Below, piece after piece: positions 23,801 to 38,800 of a DNA stretch of 64,000 nucleotides (position 1 is the first letter of the stretch; the number at the start of each line of letters is the position of its first letter). Location: assembly GCA_964057225.1 (NCBI GenBank), contig OZ059894.1:3968001-4032000 (forward strand), read 5' to 3'. The stretch is from Auanema rhodensis (Eukaryota; Animalia; Nematoda). The position numbers were made by a program, and so were the translations under genes. The notes under the pieces were generated by a model. That model saw only the letters and a list, made by a program, of their open reading frames with translations. It made no database searches and was not told the origin of the DNA.

Positions 23801-26800
23801 AATTTTTCGAAAAAATTTTTGTCAAAATGTTTTTGGAAGCGATGTTGAGTGTACATGGAAACTCAACATACACTAATGCATCATTTTTCAAACGATCATA
23901 ACTAATTTTTGTATTAAGCGTTTCTCAATGTAGTATAGTGCATTCGATGCGGATTTTTTAGCTGCGTCGATCTGTGTTATCAGATTTGCGCTAGCTTAAA
24001 AATGTACCGAGATATCAACTGATATAAGTTCACACTTATATCCTCGATTTTCACCCTGAAGAATTAATTTTTTCGTTGAATAACATTGTCCATCGTCTTT
24101 GCCTTGAAAAAAGGAATCTAAAAACATCTACTTTTCGCTAAATTATTTTGAAATTTTTCGAAAAAATTTTTGTCAAAATGTTTTTGGAAGCAATGTTGAG
24201 TGTACATGGAAACTCAACATACACTAATGCATCATTTTTCAAACGATCATAACTAATTTTTGTATTAAGCGTTTCTCAATGTAGTATAGTGCATTCGATG
24301 CGGATTTTTAAGCTGCGTCGATCTGTGTTATCAGATTTGCGCTAGCTTAAAAATGCACCGAGATATCAACTGATATAAGTTCACACTTATATCCTCGATT
24401 TTCACCCTGAAGAAATAATTTTTTCGTTGAATAACATCGTCCATCGTCTTTGCCTTGAAAAAAGGAATCTAAAAACATCTACTTTTTGCTAAATTATTTT
24501 GAAATTTTTCGAAAAAATTTTTGTCAAAATGTTTTTGGAAGCAATGTTGAGTGTACATGGAAACTCAACATACACTAATGCATCATTTTTCAAACGATCA
24601 TAACTAATTTTTGTATCAAGCGTTTCTCAATGTAGTTTAGTGCATTCGATGCGGATTTTTAAGCTGCGTCGATCTGTGTTATCAGATTTGCGCTAGCTTA
24701 AAAATGCACCGAGATATCAACTGATATAAGTTCACACTTATATCCTCGATTTTCACCCTGAAGAATTAATTTTTTCGTTGAATAACATTGTTTATCGTCT
24801 TTGCCTTGAAAAAAGGAATCTAAAAACATCTACTTTTTGCTGAATTATTTTGAAATTTTTCGAAAAAATTTTTGTCAAAATGTTTTTGGAAGCGATGTTG
24901 AGTGTACATGGAAACTCAACATACACTAATGCATCATTTTTCAAACGATCATAACTAATTTTTGTATTAAGCGTTTCTCAATGTAGTATAGTGCATTCGA
25001 TGCGGATTTTTTAGCTGCGTCGATCTGTGTTATCAGATTTGCGCTAGCTTAAAAATGTACCGAGATATCAACTGATATAAGTTCACACTTATATCCTCGA
25101 TTTTCACCCTGAAGAAATAATTTTTTCGTTGAATAACATCGTCCATCGTCTTTGCCTTGAAAAAAGGAATCTAAAAACATCTACTTTTTGCTAAATTATT
25201 TTGAAATTTTTCGAAAAAATTTTTGTCAAAATGTTTTTGGAAGCAATGTTGAGTGTACATGGAAACTCAACATACACTAATGCATCATTTTTCAAACGAT
25301 CATAACTAATTTTTGTATCAAGCGTTTCTCAATGTAGTTTAGTGCATTCGATGCGGATTTTTAAGCTGCGTCGATCTGTGTTATCAGATTTGCGCTAGCT
25401 TAAAAATGCACCGAGATATCAACTGATATAAGTTCACACTTATATCCTCGATTTTCACCCTGAAGAATTAATTTTTTCGTTGAATAACATTGTTTATCGT
25501 CTTTGCCTTGAAAAAAGGAATCTAAAAACATCTACTTTTTGCTGAATTATTTTGAAATTTTTCGAAAAAATTTTTGTCAAAATGTTTTTGGAAGCGATGT
25601 TGAGTGTACATGGAAACTCAACATACACTAATGCATCATTTTTCAAACGATCATAACTAATTTTTGTATTAAGCGTTTCTCAATGTAGTATAGTGCATTC
25701 GATGCGGATTTTTTAGCTGCGTCGATCTGTGTTATCAGATTTGCGCTAGCTTAAAAATGTACCGAGATATCAACTGATATAAGTTCACACTTATATCCTC
25801 GATTTTCACCCTGAAGAATTAATTTTTTCGTTGAATAACATTGTCCATCGTCTTTGCCTTGAAAAAAGGAATCTAAAAACATCTACTTTTCGCTAAATTA
25901 TTTTGAAATTTTTCGAAAAAATTTTTGTCAAAATGTTTTTGGAAGCAATGTTGAGTGTACATGGAAACTCAACATACACTAATGCATCATTTTTCAAACG
26001 ATCATAACTAATTTTTGTATTAAGCGTTTCTCAATGTAGTATAGTGCATTCGATGCGGATTTTTAAGCTGCGTCGATCTGTGTTATCAGATTTGCGCTAG
26101 CTTAAAAATGCACCGAGATATCAACTGATATAAGTTCACACTTATATCCTCGATTTTCACCCTGAAGAAATAATTTTTTCGTTGAATAACATTGTCCATC
26201 GTCTTTGCCTTGAAAAAAGGAATCTAAAAACATCTACTTTTTGCTAAATTATTTTGAAATTTTTCGAAAAAATTTTTGTCAAAATGTTTTTGGAAGCGAT
26301 GTTGAGTGTACATGGAAACTCAACATACACTAATGCATCATTTTTCAAACGATCATAACTAATTTTTGTATTAAGCGTTTCTCAATGTAGTATAGTGCAT
26401 TCGATGCGGATTTTTTAGCTGCGTCGATCTGTGTTATCAGATTTGCGCTAGCTTAAAAATGTACCGAGATATCAACTGATATAAGTTCACACTTATATCC
26501 TCGATTTTCACCCTGAAGAATTAATTTTTTCGTTGAATAACATTGTCCATCGTCTTTGCCTTGAAAAAAGGAATCTAAAAACATCTACTTTTTGCTAAAT
26601 TATTTTGAAATTTTTCGAAAAAATTTTTGTCAAAATGTTTTTGGAAGCAATGTTGAGTGTACATGGAAACTCAACATACACTAATGCATCATTTTTCAAA
26701 CGATCATAACTAATTTTTGTATTAAGCGTTTCTCAATGTAGTATAGTGCATTCGATGCGGATTTTTAAGCTGCGTCGATCTGTGTTATCAGGTTTGCGCT

Positions 26801-29800
26801 AGCTTAAAAATGCACCGAGATATCAACTGATATAAGTTCACACTTATATCCTCGATTTTCACCCCGAAGAATTAATTTTTTCGTTGAATAACAATGTCCA
26901 TCGTCTTTGCCTTGAAAAAAGGAATCTAAAAACATCTACTTTTTGCTAAATTATTTCGAAATTTTTCGAAAAAATTTTTGTTAAAATGTTTTTGGAAGCA
27001 ATGTTGAGTGTACATGGAAACTCAACATACACTAATGCATCATTTTTCAAACGATCATAACTTATTTTTGTAACAAGCGTTTCTCAATGTAGTATAGTGC
27101 ATTCGATGCGGATTTTTAAGCTGCGTCGATCTGTGTTATCAGTTTTGCGCTAGCTTAAAAATGCACCGAGATATCAACTGATATAAGTTCACACTTATAT
27201 CCTCGATTTTCACCCTGAAGAATTAATTTTTTCGTTGAATAACATTGTCCATCGTCTTTGCCTTGAAAAAAGGAATCTAAAAACATCTACTTTTTGCTAA
27301 ATTATTTTGAAATTTTTCGAAAAAATTTTTGTCAAAATGTTTTTGGAAGCAATGTTGAGTGTACATGGAAACTCAACATACACTAATGCATCATTTTTCA
27401 AACGATCATAACTAATTTTTGTATTAAGCGTTTCTCAATGTAGTATAGTGCATTCGATGCGGATTTTTAAGCTGCGTCGATCTGTGTTATCAGGTTTGCG
27501 CTAGCTTAAAAATGCACCGAGATATCAACTGATATAAGTTCACACTTATATCCTCGATTTTCACCCTGAAGAATTAATTTTTTCGTTGAATAACATTGTC
27601 CATCGTCTTTGCCTTGAAAAATGGAATCTAAAAACATCTACTTTTTGCTAAATTATTCTGAAATTTTTCGAAAAAATTTTTGTCAAAATGTTTTTGGAAG
27701 CAATGTTGAGTGTACATGGAAACTCAACATACACTAATGCATCATTTTTCAAACGATCATAACTAATTTTTGTATTAAGCGTTTCTCAATGTAGTATAGT
27801 GCATTCGATGCGGATTTTTAAGCTGCGTCGATCTGTGTTATCAGATTTGCGCTAGCTTAAAAATGCACCGAGATATCAACTGATATAAGTTCACACTTAT
27901 ATCCTCGATTTTCACCCTGAAGAATTAATTTTTTCGTTGAATAACATTGTCCATCGTCTTTGCCTTGAAAAATGGAATCTAAAAACATCTACTTTCTGCT
28001 AAATTATTTTGAAATTTTTCGAAAAAATTTTTGTCAAAATGTTTTTGGAAGCAATGTTGAGTGTACATGGAAACTCAACATACACTAATGCATCATTTTT
28101 CAAACGATCATAACTTATTTTTGTAACAAGCGTTTCTCAATGTAGTATAGTGCATTCGATGCGGATTTTCAAGCTGCGTCGATCTGTGTTATCAGGTTTG
28201 CGCTAGCTTAAAAATGCACCGAGATATCAACTGATATAAGTTCACACTTATATCCTCGATTTTCACCCTGAAGAATTAATTTTTTCGTTGAATAACATTG
28301 TCCATCGTCTTTGCCTTGAAAAATGGAATCTAAAAACATCTACTTTCTGCTAAATTATTTTGAAATTTTTCGAAAAAATTTTTGTCAAAATGTTTTTGGA
28401 AGCAATGTTGAGTGTACATGGAAACTCAACATACACTAATGCATCATTTTTCAAACGATCATAACTTATTTTTGTAACAAGCGTTTCTCAATGTAGTATA
28501 GTGCATTCGATGCGGATTTTTAAGCTGCGTCGATCTGTGTTATCAGTTTTGCGCTAGCTTAAAAATGCACCGAGATATCAACTGATATAAGTTCACACTT
28601 ATATCCTCGATTTTCACCCTGAAGAATTAATTTTTTCGTTGAATAACAATGTCCATCGTCTTTGCCTTGAAAAATGGAATCTAAAAACATCTACTTTCTG
28701 CTAAATTATTTTGAAATTTTTCGAAAAAATTTTTGTCAAAATGTTTTTGGAAGCAATGTTGAGTGTACATGGAAACTCAACATACACTAATGCATCATTT
28801 TTCAAACGATCATAACTAATTTTTGTATTAAGCGTTTCTCAATGTAGTATAGTGCATTCGATGCGGATTTTTAAGCTGCGTCGATCTGTGTTATCAGATT
28901 TGCGCTAGCTTAAAAATGCACCGAGATATCAACTGATATAAGTTCACACTTATATCCTCGATTTTCACCCTGAAGAAATAATTTTTTCGTTGAATAACAT
29001 TGTCCATCGTCTTTGCCTTGAAAAAAGGAATCTAAAAACATCTACTTTTTGCTAAATTATTTTGAAATTTTTCGAAAAAATTTTTGTCAAAATGTTTTTG
29101 GAAGCAATGTTGAGTGTACATGGAAACTCAACATACACTAATGCATCATTTTTCAAACGATCATAACTAATTTTTGTATTAAGCGTTTCTCAAAGTAGTA
29201 TAGTGCATTCGATGCGGATTTTCAAGCTGCGTCGATCTGTGTTATCAGGTTTGCGCTAGCTTAAAAATGCACCGAGATATCAACTGATATAAGTTCACAC
29301 TTATATCCTCGATTTTCACCCCGAAGAATTAATTTTTTCGTTGAATAACAATGTCCATCGTCTTTGCCTTGAAAAAAGGAATCTAAAAACATCTACTTTT
29401 TGCTAAATTATTTCGAAATTTTTCGAAAAAATTTTTCTTAAAATGTTTTTGGAAGCAATGTTGAGTGTACATGGAAACTCAACATACACTAATGCATCAT
29501 TTTTCAAACGATCATAACTAATTTTTGTATTAAGCGTTTCTCAATGTAGTATAGTGCATTCGATGCGGATTTTTAAGCTGCGTCGATCTGTGTTATCAGA
29601 TTTGCGCTAGCTTAAAAATGCACCGAGATATCAACTGATATAAGTTCACACTTATATCCTCGATTTTCACCCTGAAGAATTAATTTTTTCGTTGAATAAC
29701 ATTGTCCATCGTCTTTGCCTTGAAAAATGGAATCTAAAAACATCTACTTTTTGCTAAATTATTTTGAAATTTTTCGAAAAAATTTTTGTCAAAATGTTTT

Positions 29801-32800
29801 TGGAAGCAATGTTGAGTGTACATGGAAACTCAACATACACTAATGCATCATTTTTCAAACGATCATAACTAATTTTTGTATTAAGCGTTTCTCAATGTAG
29901 TATAGTGCATTCGATGCGGATTTTTAAGCTGCGTCGATCTGTGTTATCAGATTTGCGCTAGCTTAAAAATGCACCGAGATATCAACTGATATAAGTTCAC
30001 ACTTATATCCTCGATTTTCACCCTGAAGAATTAATTTTTTCGTTGAATAACATTGTCCATCGTCTTTGCCTTGAAAAATGGAATCTAAAAACATCTACTT
30101 TTTGCTAAATTATTTTGAAATTTTTCGAAAAAATTTTTGTCAAAATGTTTTTGGAAGCAATGTTGAGTGTACATGGAAACTCAACATACACTAATGCATC
30201 ATTTTTCAAACGATCATAACTAATTTTTGTATCAAGCGTTTCTTAATGTAGTATAGTGCATTCGATCCGGATTTTTAAGCTGCGTCGATCTGTGTTATCA
30301 GATTTGCGCTAGCTTAAAAATGCACCGAGATATCAACTGATATAAGTTCACACTTATATCCTCGATTTTCACCCTGAAGAATTAATTTTTTCGTTGAATA
30401 ACATTGTCCATCGTCTTTGCCTTGAAAAATGGAATCTAAAAACATCTACTTTTTGCTAAATTATTTTGAAATTTTTCGAAAAAATTTTTGTCAAAATGTT
30501 TTTGGAAGCAATGTTGAGTGTACATGGAAACTCAACATACACTAATGCATCATTTTTCAAACGATCATAACTAATTTTTGTATTAAGCGTTTCTCAATGT
30601 AGTATAGTGCATTCGATGCGGATTTTTAAGCTGCGTCGATCTGTGTTATCAGATTTGCGCTAGCTTAAAAATGCACCGAGATATCAACTGATATAAGTTC
30701 ACACTTATATCCTCGATTTTCACCCTGAAGAAATAATTTTTTCGTTGAATAACATTGTCCATCGTCTTTGCCTTGAAAAAAGGAATCTAAAAACATCTAC
30801 TTTTTGCTAAATTATTTTGAAATTTTTCGAAAAAATTTTTGTCAAAATGTTTTTGGAAGCAATGTTGAGTGTACATGGAAACTCAACATACACTAATGCA
30901 TCATTTTTCAAACGATCATAACTAATTTTTGTATTAAGCGTTTCTCAAAGTAGTATAGTGCATTCGATGCGGATTTTCAAGCTGCGTCGATCTGTGTTAT
31001 CAGGTTTGCGCTAGCTTAAAAATGCACCGAGATATCAACTGATATAAGTTCACACTTATATCCTCGATTTTCACCCCGAAGAATTAATTTTTTCGTTGAA
31101 TAACAATGTCCATCGTCTTTGCCTTGAAAAAAGGAATCTAAAAACATCTACTTTTTGCTAAATTATTTCGAAATTTTTCGAAAAAATTTTTCTTAAAATG
31201 TTTTTGGAAGCAATGTTGAGTGTACATGGAAACTCAACATACACTAATGCATCATTTTTCAAACGATCATAACTAATTTTTGTATTAAGCGTTTCTCAAT
31301 GTAGTATAGTGCATTCGATGCGGATTTTTAAGCTGCGTCGATCTGTGTTATCAGATTTGCGCTAGCTTAAAAATGCACCGAGATATCAACTGATATAAGT
31401 TCACACTTATATCCTCGATTTTCACCCTGAAGAATTAATTTTTTCGTTGAATAACATTGTCCATCGTCTTTGCCTTGAAAAATGGAATCTAAAAACATCT
31501 ACTTTTTGCTAAATTATTTTGAAATTTTTCGAAAAAATTTTTGTCAAAATGTTTTTGGAAGCAATGTTGAGTGTACATGGAAACTCAACATACACTAATG
31601 CATCATTTTTCAAACGATCATAACTAATTTTTGTATTAAGCGTTTCTCAATGTAGTATAGTGCATTCGATGCGGATTTTTAAGCTGCGTCGATCTGTGTT
31701 ATCAGATTTGCGCTAGCTTAAAAATGCACCGAGATATCAACTGATATAAGTTCACACTTATATCCTCGATTTTCACCCTGAAGAATTAATTTTTTCGTTG
31801 AATAACATTGTCCATCGTCTTTGCCTTGAAAAATGGAATCTAAAAACATCTACTTTTTGCTAAATTATTTTGAAATTTTTCGAAAAAATTTTTGTCAAAA
31901 TGTTTTTGGAAGCAATGTTGAGTGTACATGGAAACTCAACATACACTAATGCATCATTTTTCAAACGATCATAACTTATTTTTGTAACAAGCGTTTCTCA
32001 ATGTAGTATAGTGCATTCGATGCGGATTTTTAAGCTGCGTCGATCTGTGTTATCAGATTTGCGCTAGCTGAAAAATGCACCGAGATATCAACTGATATAA
32101 GTTCACACTTATATCCTCGATTTTCACCCTGAAGAATTGAATTTTTCGTTGAATAACATTGTCCATCGTCTTTGCCTTGAAAAAAGGAATCTAAAAACAT
32201 CTACTTTTTGCTAAATTATTTTGAAATTTTTCGAAAAAATTTTTGTCAAAATGTTTTTGGAAGCAATGTTGAGTGTACATGGAAACTCAACATACACTAA
32301 TGCATCATTTTTCAAACGATCATAACTAATTTTTGTATCAAGCGTTTCTTAATGTAGTATAGTGCATTCGATCCGGATTTTTAAGCTGCGTCGATCTGTG
32401 TTATCAGATTTGCGCTAGCTTAAAAATGCACCGAGATATCAACTGATATAAGTTCACACTTATATCCTCGATTTTCACCCTGAAGAATTAATTTTTTCGT
32501 TGAATAACATTGTCCATCGTCTTTGCCTTGAAAAATGGAATCTAAAAACATCTACTTTTTGCTAAATTATTTTGAAATTTTTCGAAAAAATTTTTGTCAA
32601 AATGTTTTTGGAAGCAATGTTGAGTGTACATGGAAACTCAACATACACTAATGCATCATTTTTCAAACGATCATAACTAATTTTTGTATTAAGCGTTTCT
32701 CAATGTAGTATAGTGCATTCGATGCGGATTTTTAAGCTGCGTCGATCTGTGTTATCAGATTTGCGCTAGCTTAAAAATGCACCGAGATATCAACTGATAT

Positions 32801-35800
32801 AAGTTCACACTTATATCCTCGATTTTCACCCTGAAGAATTAATTTTTTCGTTGAATAACATTGTCCATCGTCTTTGCCTTGAAAAATGGAATCTAAAAAC
32901 ATCTACTTTTTGCTAAATTATTTTGAAATTTTTCGAAAAAATTTTTGTTAAAATGTTTTTGGAAGCAATGTTGAGTGTACATGGAAACTCAACATACACT
33001 AATGCATCATTTTTCAAACGATCATAACTAATTTTTGTATCGAGCGTTTCTTAATGTAGTATAGTGCATTCGATGCGGATTTTTAAGCTGCGTCGATCTG
33101 TGTTATCAGATTTGCGCTAGCTTAAAAATGCACCGAGATATCAACTGATATAAGTTCACACATATATACCCGATTTTCACCCTGAAGAATTAATTTTTTC
33201 GTTGAATAACATTGTCCATCGTCTTTGCCTTGAAAAAAGGAATCTAAAAACATCTACTTTTTGCTAAATTATTTTGAAATTTTTCGAAAAAATTTTTGTC
33301 AAAATGTTTTTGGAAGCAATGTTGAGTGTACATGGAAACTCAACATACACTAATGCATCATTTTTCAAACGATCATAACTAATTTTTGTATTAAGCGTTT
33401 CTCAATGTAGTATAAAGCATTCGATGCGGATTTTTAAGCTGCGTCGATCTGTGTTATCAGATTTGCGCTAGCTTAAAAATGCACCGAGATATCAACTGAT
33501 ATAAGTTCACACTTATATCCTCGATTTTCACCCTGAAGAATTAATTTTTTCGTTGAATAACATTGTCCATCGTCTTTGCCTTGAAAAATGGAATCTAAAA
33601 ACATCTACTTTTTGCTAAATTATTTTGAAATTTTTCGAAAAAATTTTTGTCAAAATGTTTTTGGAAGCAATGTTGAGTGTACATGGAAACTCAACATACA
33701 CTAATGCATCATTTTTCAAACGATCATAACTAATTTTTGTATTAAGCGTTTCTCAATGTAGTATAGTGCATTCGATGCGGATTTTTAAGCTGCGTCGATC
33801 TGTGTTATTAGATTTGCGCTAGCTTAAAAATGCACCGAGATATCAACTGATATAAGTTCACACTTATATCCTCGATTTTCACCCTGAAGAATTAATTTTT
33901 TCGTTGAATAACATTGTCCATCGTCTTTGCCTTGAAAAATGGAATCTAAAAACATCTACTTTTTGCTAAATTATTTTGAAATTTTTCGAAAAAATTTTTG
34001 TTAAAATGTTTTTGGAAGCAATGTTGAGTGTACATGGAAACTCAACATACACTAATGCATCATTTTTCAAACGATCATAACTAATTTTTGTATCAAGCGT
34101 TTCTTAATGTAGTATAGTGCATTCGATGCGGATTTTTAAGCTGCGTCGATCTGTGTTATCAGATTTGCGCTAGCTTAAAAATGCACCGAGATATCAACTG
34201 ATATAAGTTCACACATATATACCCGATTTTCACCCTAAAGAATTAATTTTTTCGTTGAATAACATTGTCCATCGTCTTTGCCTTGAAAAAAGGAATCTAA
34301 AAACATCTACTTTTTGCTAAATTATTTTGAAATTTTTCGAAAAAATTTTTGTCAAAATGTTTTTGGAAGCAATGTTGAGTGTACATGGAAACTCAACATA
34401 CACTAATGCATCATTTTTCAAACGATCATAACTAATTTTTGTATTAAGCGTTTCTCAATGTAGTATAAAGCATTCGATGCGGATTTTTAAGCTGCGTCGA
34501 TCTGTGTTATCAGATTTGCGCTAGCTTAAAAATGCACCGAGATATCAACTGATATAAGTTCACACTTATATCCTCGATTTTCACCCTGAAGAATTAATTT
34601 TTTCGTTGAATAACATTGTCCATCGTCTTTGCCTTGAAAAATGGAATCTAAAAACATCTACTTTTTGCTAAATTATTTTGAAATTTTTCGAAAAAATTTT
34701 TGTCAAAATGTTTTTGGAAGCAATGTTGAGTGTACATGGAAACTCAACATACACTAATGCATCATTTTTCAAACGATCATAACTAATTTTTGTATCAAGC
34801 GTTTCTTAATGTAGTATAGTGCATTCGATTCGGATTTTTAAGCTGCGTCGATCTGTGTTATCAGATTTGCGCTAGCTTAAAAATGCACCGAGATATCAAC
34901 TGATATAAGTTCACACTTATATCCTCGATTTTCACCCTGAAGAATTAATTTTTTCGTTGAATAACATTGTCCATCGTCTTTGCCTTGAAAAATGGAATCT
35001 AAAAACATCTACTTTTTGCTAAATTATTTTGAAATTTTTCGAAAAAATTTTTGTTAAAATGTTTTTGGAAGCAATGTTGAGTGTACATGGAAACTCAACA
35101 TACACTAATGCATCATTTTTCAAACGATCATAACTAATTTTTGTATTAAGCGTTTCTCAATGTAGTATAGTGCATTCGATGCGGATTTTTAAGCTGCGTC
35201 GATCTGTGTTATCAGATTTGCGCTAGCTTAAAAATGCACCGAGATATCAACTGATATAAGTTCACACATATATACCCGATTTTCACCCTAAAGAATTGAT
35301 TTTTTCGTTGAATAACATTGTCCATCGTCTTTGCCTTGAAAAAAGGAATCTAAAAACATCTACTTTTTGCTAAATTATTTTGAAATTTTTCGAAAAAATT
35401 TTTGTCAAAATGTTTTTGGAAGCAATGTTGAGTGTACATGGAAACTCAACATACACTAATGCATCATTTTTCAAACGATCATAACTAATTTTTGTATCAA
35501 GCGTTTCTTAATGTAGTATAGTGCATTCGATTCGGATTTTTAAGCTGCGTCGATCTGTGTTATCAGATTTGCGCTAGCTTAAAAATGCACCGAGATATCA
35601 ACTGATATAAGTTCACACTTATATCCTCGATTTTCACCCTGAAGAATTAATTTTTTCGTTGAATAACATTGTCCATCGTCTTTGCCTTGAAAAATGGAAT
35701 CTAAAAACATCTACTTTTTGCTGAATTATTTTGAAATTTTTCGAAAAAATTTTTGTCAAAATGTTTTTGGAAGCAATGTTGAGTGTACATGGAAACTCAA

Positions 35801-38800
35801 CATACACTAATGCATCATTTTTCAAACGATCATAACTAATTTTTGTATTAAGCGTTTCTCAATGTAGTATAAAGCATTCGATGCGGATTTTTAAGCTGCG
35901 TCGATCTGTGTTATCAGATTTGCGCTAGCTTAAAAATGCACCGAGATATCAACTGATATAAGTTCACACTTATATCCTCGATTTTCACCCTGAAGAATTA
36001 ATTTTTTCGCTGAATAACATTGTCCATCGTCTTTGCCTTAAAAAATGGAATCTAAAAACATCTACTTTTTGCTAAATTATTTTGAAATTTTTCGAAAAAA
36101 TTTTTGTCAAAATGTTTTTGGAAGCAATGTTGAGTGTACATGGAAACTCAACATACACTAATGCATCATTTTTCAAACGATCATAACTAATTTTTGTATT
36201 GAGCGTTTCTCAATGTAGTATAAAGCATTCGATGCGGATTTTTAAGCTGCGTCGATCTGTGTTATCAGATTTGCGCTAGCTTAAAAATGCACCGAGATAT
36301 CAACTGATATAAGTTCACACTTATATCCTCGATTTTCACCCTGAAGAATTAATTTTTTCGCTGAATAACATTGTCCATCGTCTTTGCCTTAAAAAATGGA
36401 ATCTAAAAACATCTACTTTTTGCTAAATTATTTTGAAATTTTTCGAAAAAATTTTTGTCAAAATGTTTTTGGAAGCAATGTTGAGTGTACATGGAAACTC
36501 AACATACACTAATGCATCATTTTTCAAACGATCATAACTAATTTTTGTATTGAGCGTTTCTCAATGTAGTATAAAGCATTCGATGCGGATTTTTAAGCTG
36601 CGTCGATCTGTGTTATCAGATTTGCGCTAGCTTAAAAATGCACCGAGATATCAACTGATATAAGTTCACACTTATATCCTCGATTTTCACCCTGAAGAAT
36701 TAATTTTTTCGCTGAATAACATTGTCCATCGTCTTTGCCTTAAAAAATGGAATCTAAAAACATCTACTTTTTGCTAAATTATTTTGAAATTTTTCGAAAA
36801 AATTTTTGTCAAAATGTTTTTGGAAGCAATGTTGAGTGTACATGGAAACTCAACATACACTAATGCATCATTTTTCAAACGATCATAACTAATTTTTGTA
36901 TCAAGCGTTTCTTAATGTAGTATAGTGCATTCGATTCGGATTTTTAAGCTGCGTCGATCTGTGTTATCAGATTTGCGCTAGCTTAAAAATGCACCGAGAT
37001 ATCAACTGATATAAGTTCACACTTATATCCTCGATTTTCACCCTGAAGAATTAATTTTTTCGTTGAATAACATTGTCCATCGTCTTTGCCTTGAAAAATG
37101 GAATCTAAAAACATCTACTTTTTGCTGAATTATTTTGAAATTTTTCGAAAAAATTTTTGTCAAAATGTTTTTGGAAGCAATGTTGAGTGTACATGGAAAC
37201 TCAACATACACTAATGCATCATTTTTCAAACGATCATAACTAATTTTTGTATTAAGCGTTTCTCAATGTAGTATAAAGCATTCGATGCGGATTTTTAAGC
37301 TGCGTCGATCTGTGTTATCAGATTTGCGCTAGCTTAAAAATGCACCGAGATATCAACTGATATAAGTTCACACTTATATCCTCGATTTTCACCCTGAAGA
37401 ATTAATTTTTTCGCTGAATAACATTGTCCATCGTCTTTGCCTTAAAAAATGGAATCTAAAAACATCTACTTTTTGCTAAATTATTTTGAAATTTTTCGAA
37501 AAAATTTTTGTCAAAATGTTTTTGGAAGCAATGTTGAGTGTACATGGAAACTCAACATACACTAATGCATCATTTTTCAAACGATCATAACTAATTTTTG
37601 TATTGAGCGTTTCTCAATGTAGTATAAAGCATTCGATGCGGATTTTTAAGCTGCGTCGATCTGTGTTATCAGATTTGCGCTAGCTTAAAAATGCACCGAG
37701 ATATCAACTGATATAAGTTCACACTTATATCCTCGATTTTCACCCTGAAGAATTAATTTTTTCGCTGAATAACATTGTCCATCGTCTTTGCCTTAAAAAA
37801 TGGAATCTAAAAACATCTACTTTTTGCTAAATTATTTTGAAATTTTTCGAAAAAATTTTTGTCAAAATGTTTTTGGAAGCAATGTTGAGTGTACATGGAA
37901 ACTCAACATACACTAATGCATCATTTTTCAAACGATCATAACTAATTTTTGTATTGAGCGTTTCTCAATGTAGTATAAAGCATTCGATGCGGATTTTTAA
38001 GCTGCGTCGATCTGTGTTATCAGATTTGCGCTAGCTTAAAAATGCACCGAGATATCAACTGATATAAGTTCACACTTATATCCTCGATTTTCACCCTGAA
38101 GAATTAATTTTTTCGCTGAATAACATTGTCCATCGTCTTTGCCTTAAAAAATGGAATCTAAAAACATCTACTTTTTGCTAAATTATTTTGAAATTTTTCG
38201 AAAAAATTTTTGTCAAAATGTTTTTGGAAGCAATGTTGAGTGTACATGGAAACTCAACATACACTAATGCATCATTTTTCAAACGATCATAACTAATTTT
38301 TGTATTGAGCGTTTCTCAATGTAGTATAAAGCATTCGATGCGGATTTTTAAGCTGCGTCGATCTGTGTTATCAGATTTGCGCTAGCTTAAAAATGCACCG
38401 AGATATCAACTGATATAAGTTCACACTTATATCCTCGATTTTCACCCTGAAGAATTAATTTTTTTGTTGAATAACATCGTCCATCGTCTTTGCCTTGAAA
38501 AAAGGAATCTAAAAACATCTACTTTTTGCTAAATTATTTTGAAATTTTTCGAAAAAATTTTTGTCAAAATGTTTTTGGAAGCAATGTTGAGTGTACATGG
38601 AAACTCAACATACACTAATGCATCATTTTTCAAACGATCATAACTAATTTTTGTATTAAGCGTTCTTCCATGTAGTATAGTGCATTCGATGCGGATTTTT
38701 TAGCTGCGTCGATCTGTGTTATCAGATTTGCGCTAGCTTAAAAATGTACCGAGATATCAACTGATATAAGTTCACACTTATATCTTCGATTTTCACCCTG

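Noticed and set aside
35634-35825. 63-aa minus-strand ORF (identical copy at 37038-37229)
   Set aside because: It lies within satellite monomers and exists only because the gctaaat>gctgaat variant removes a TAG stop. Other gctgaat monomers carry tgtttatcg, which creates a TAA stop. The second copy comes from the 4-mer duplication, and there is no recognisable domain.
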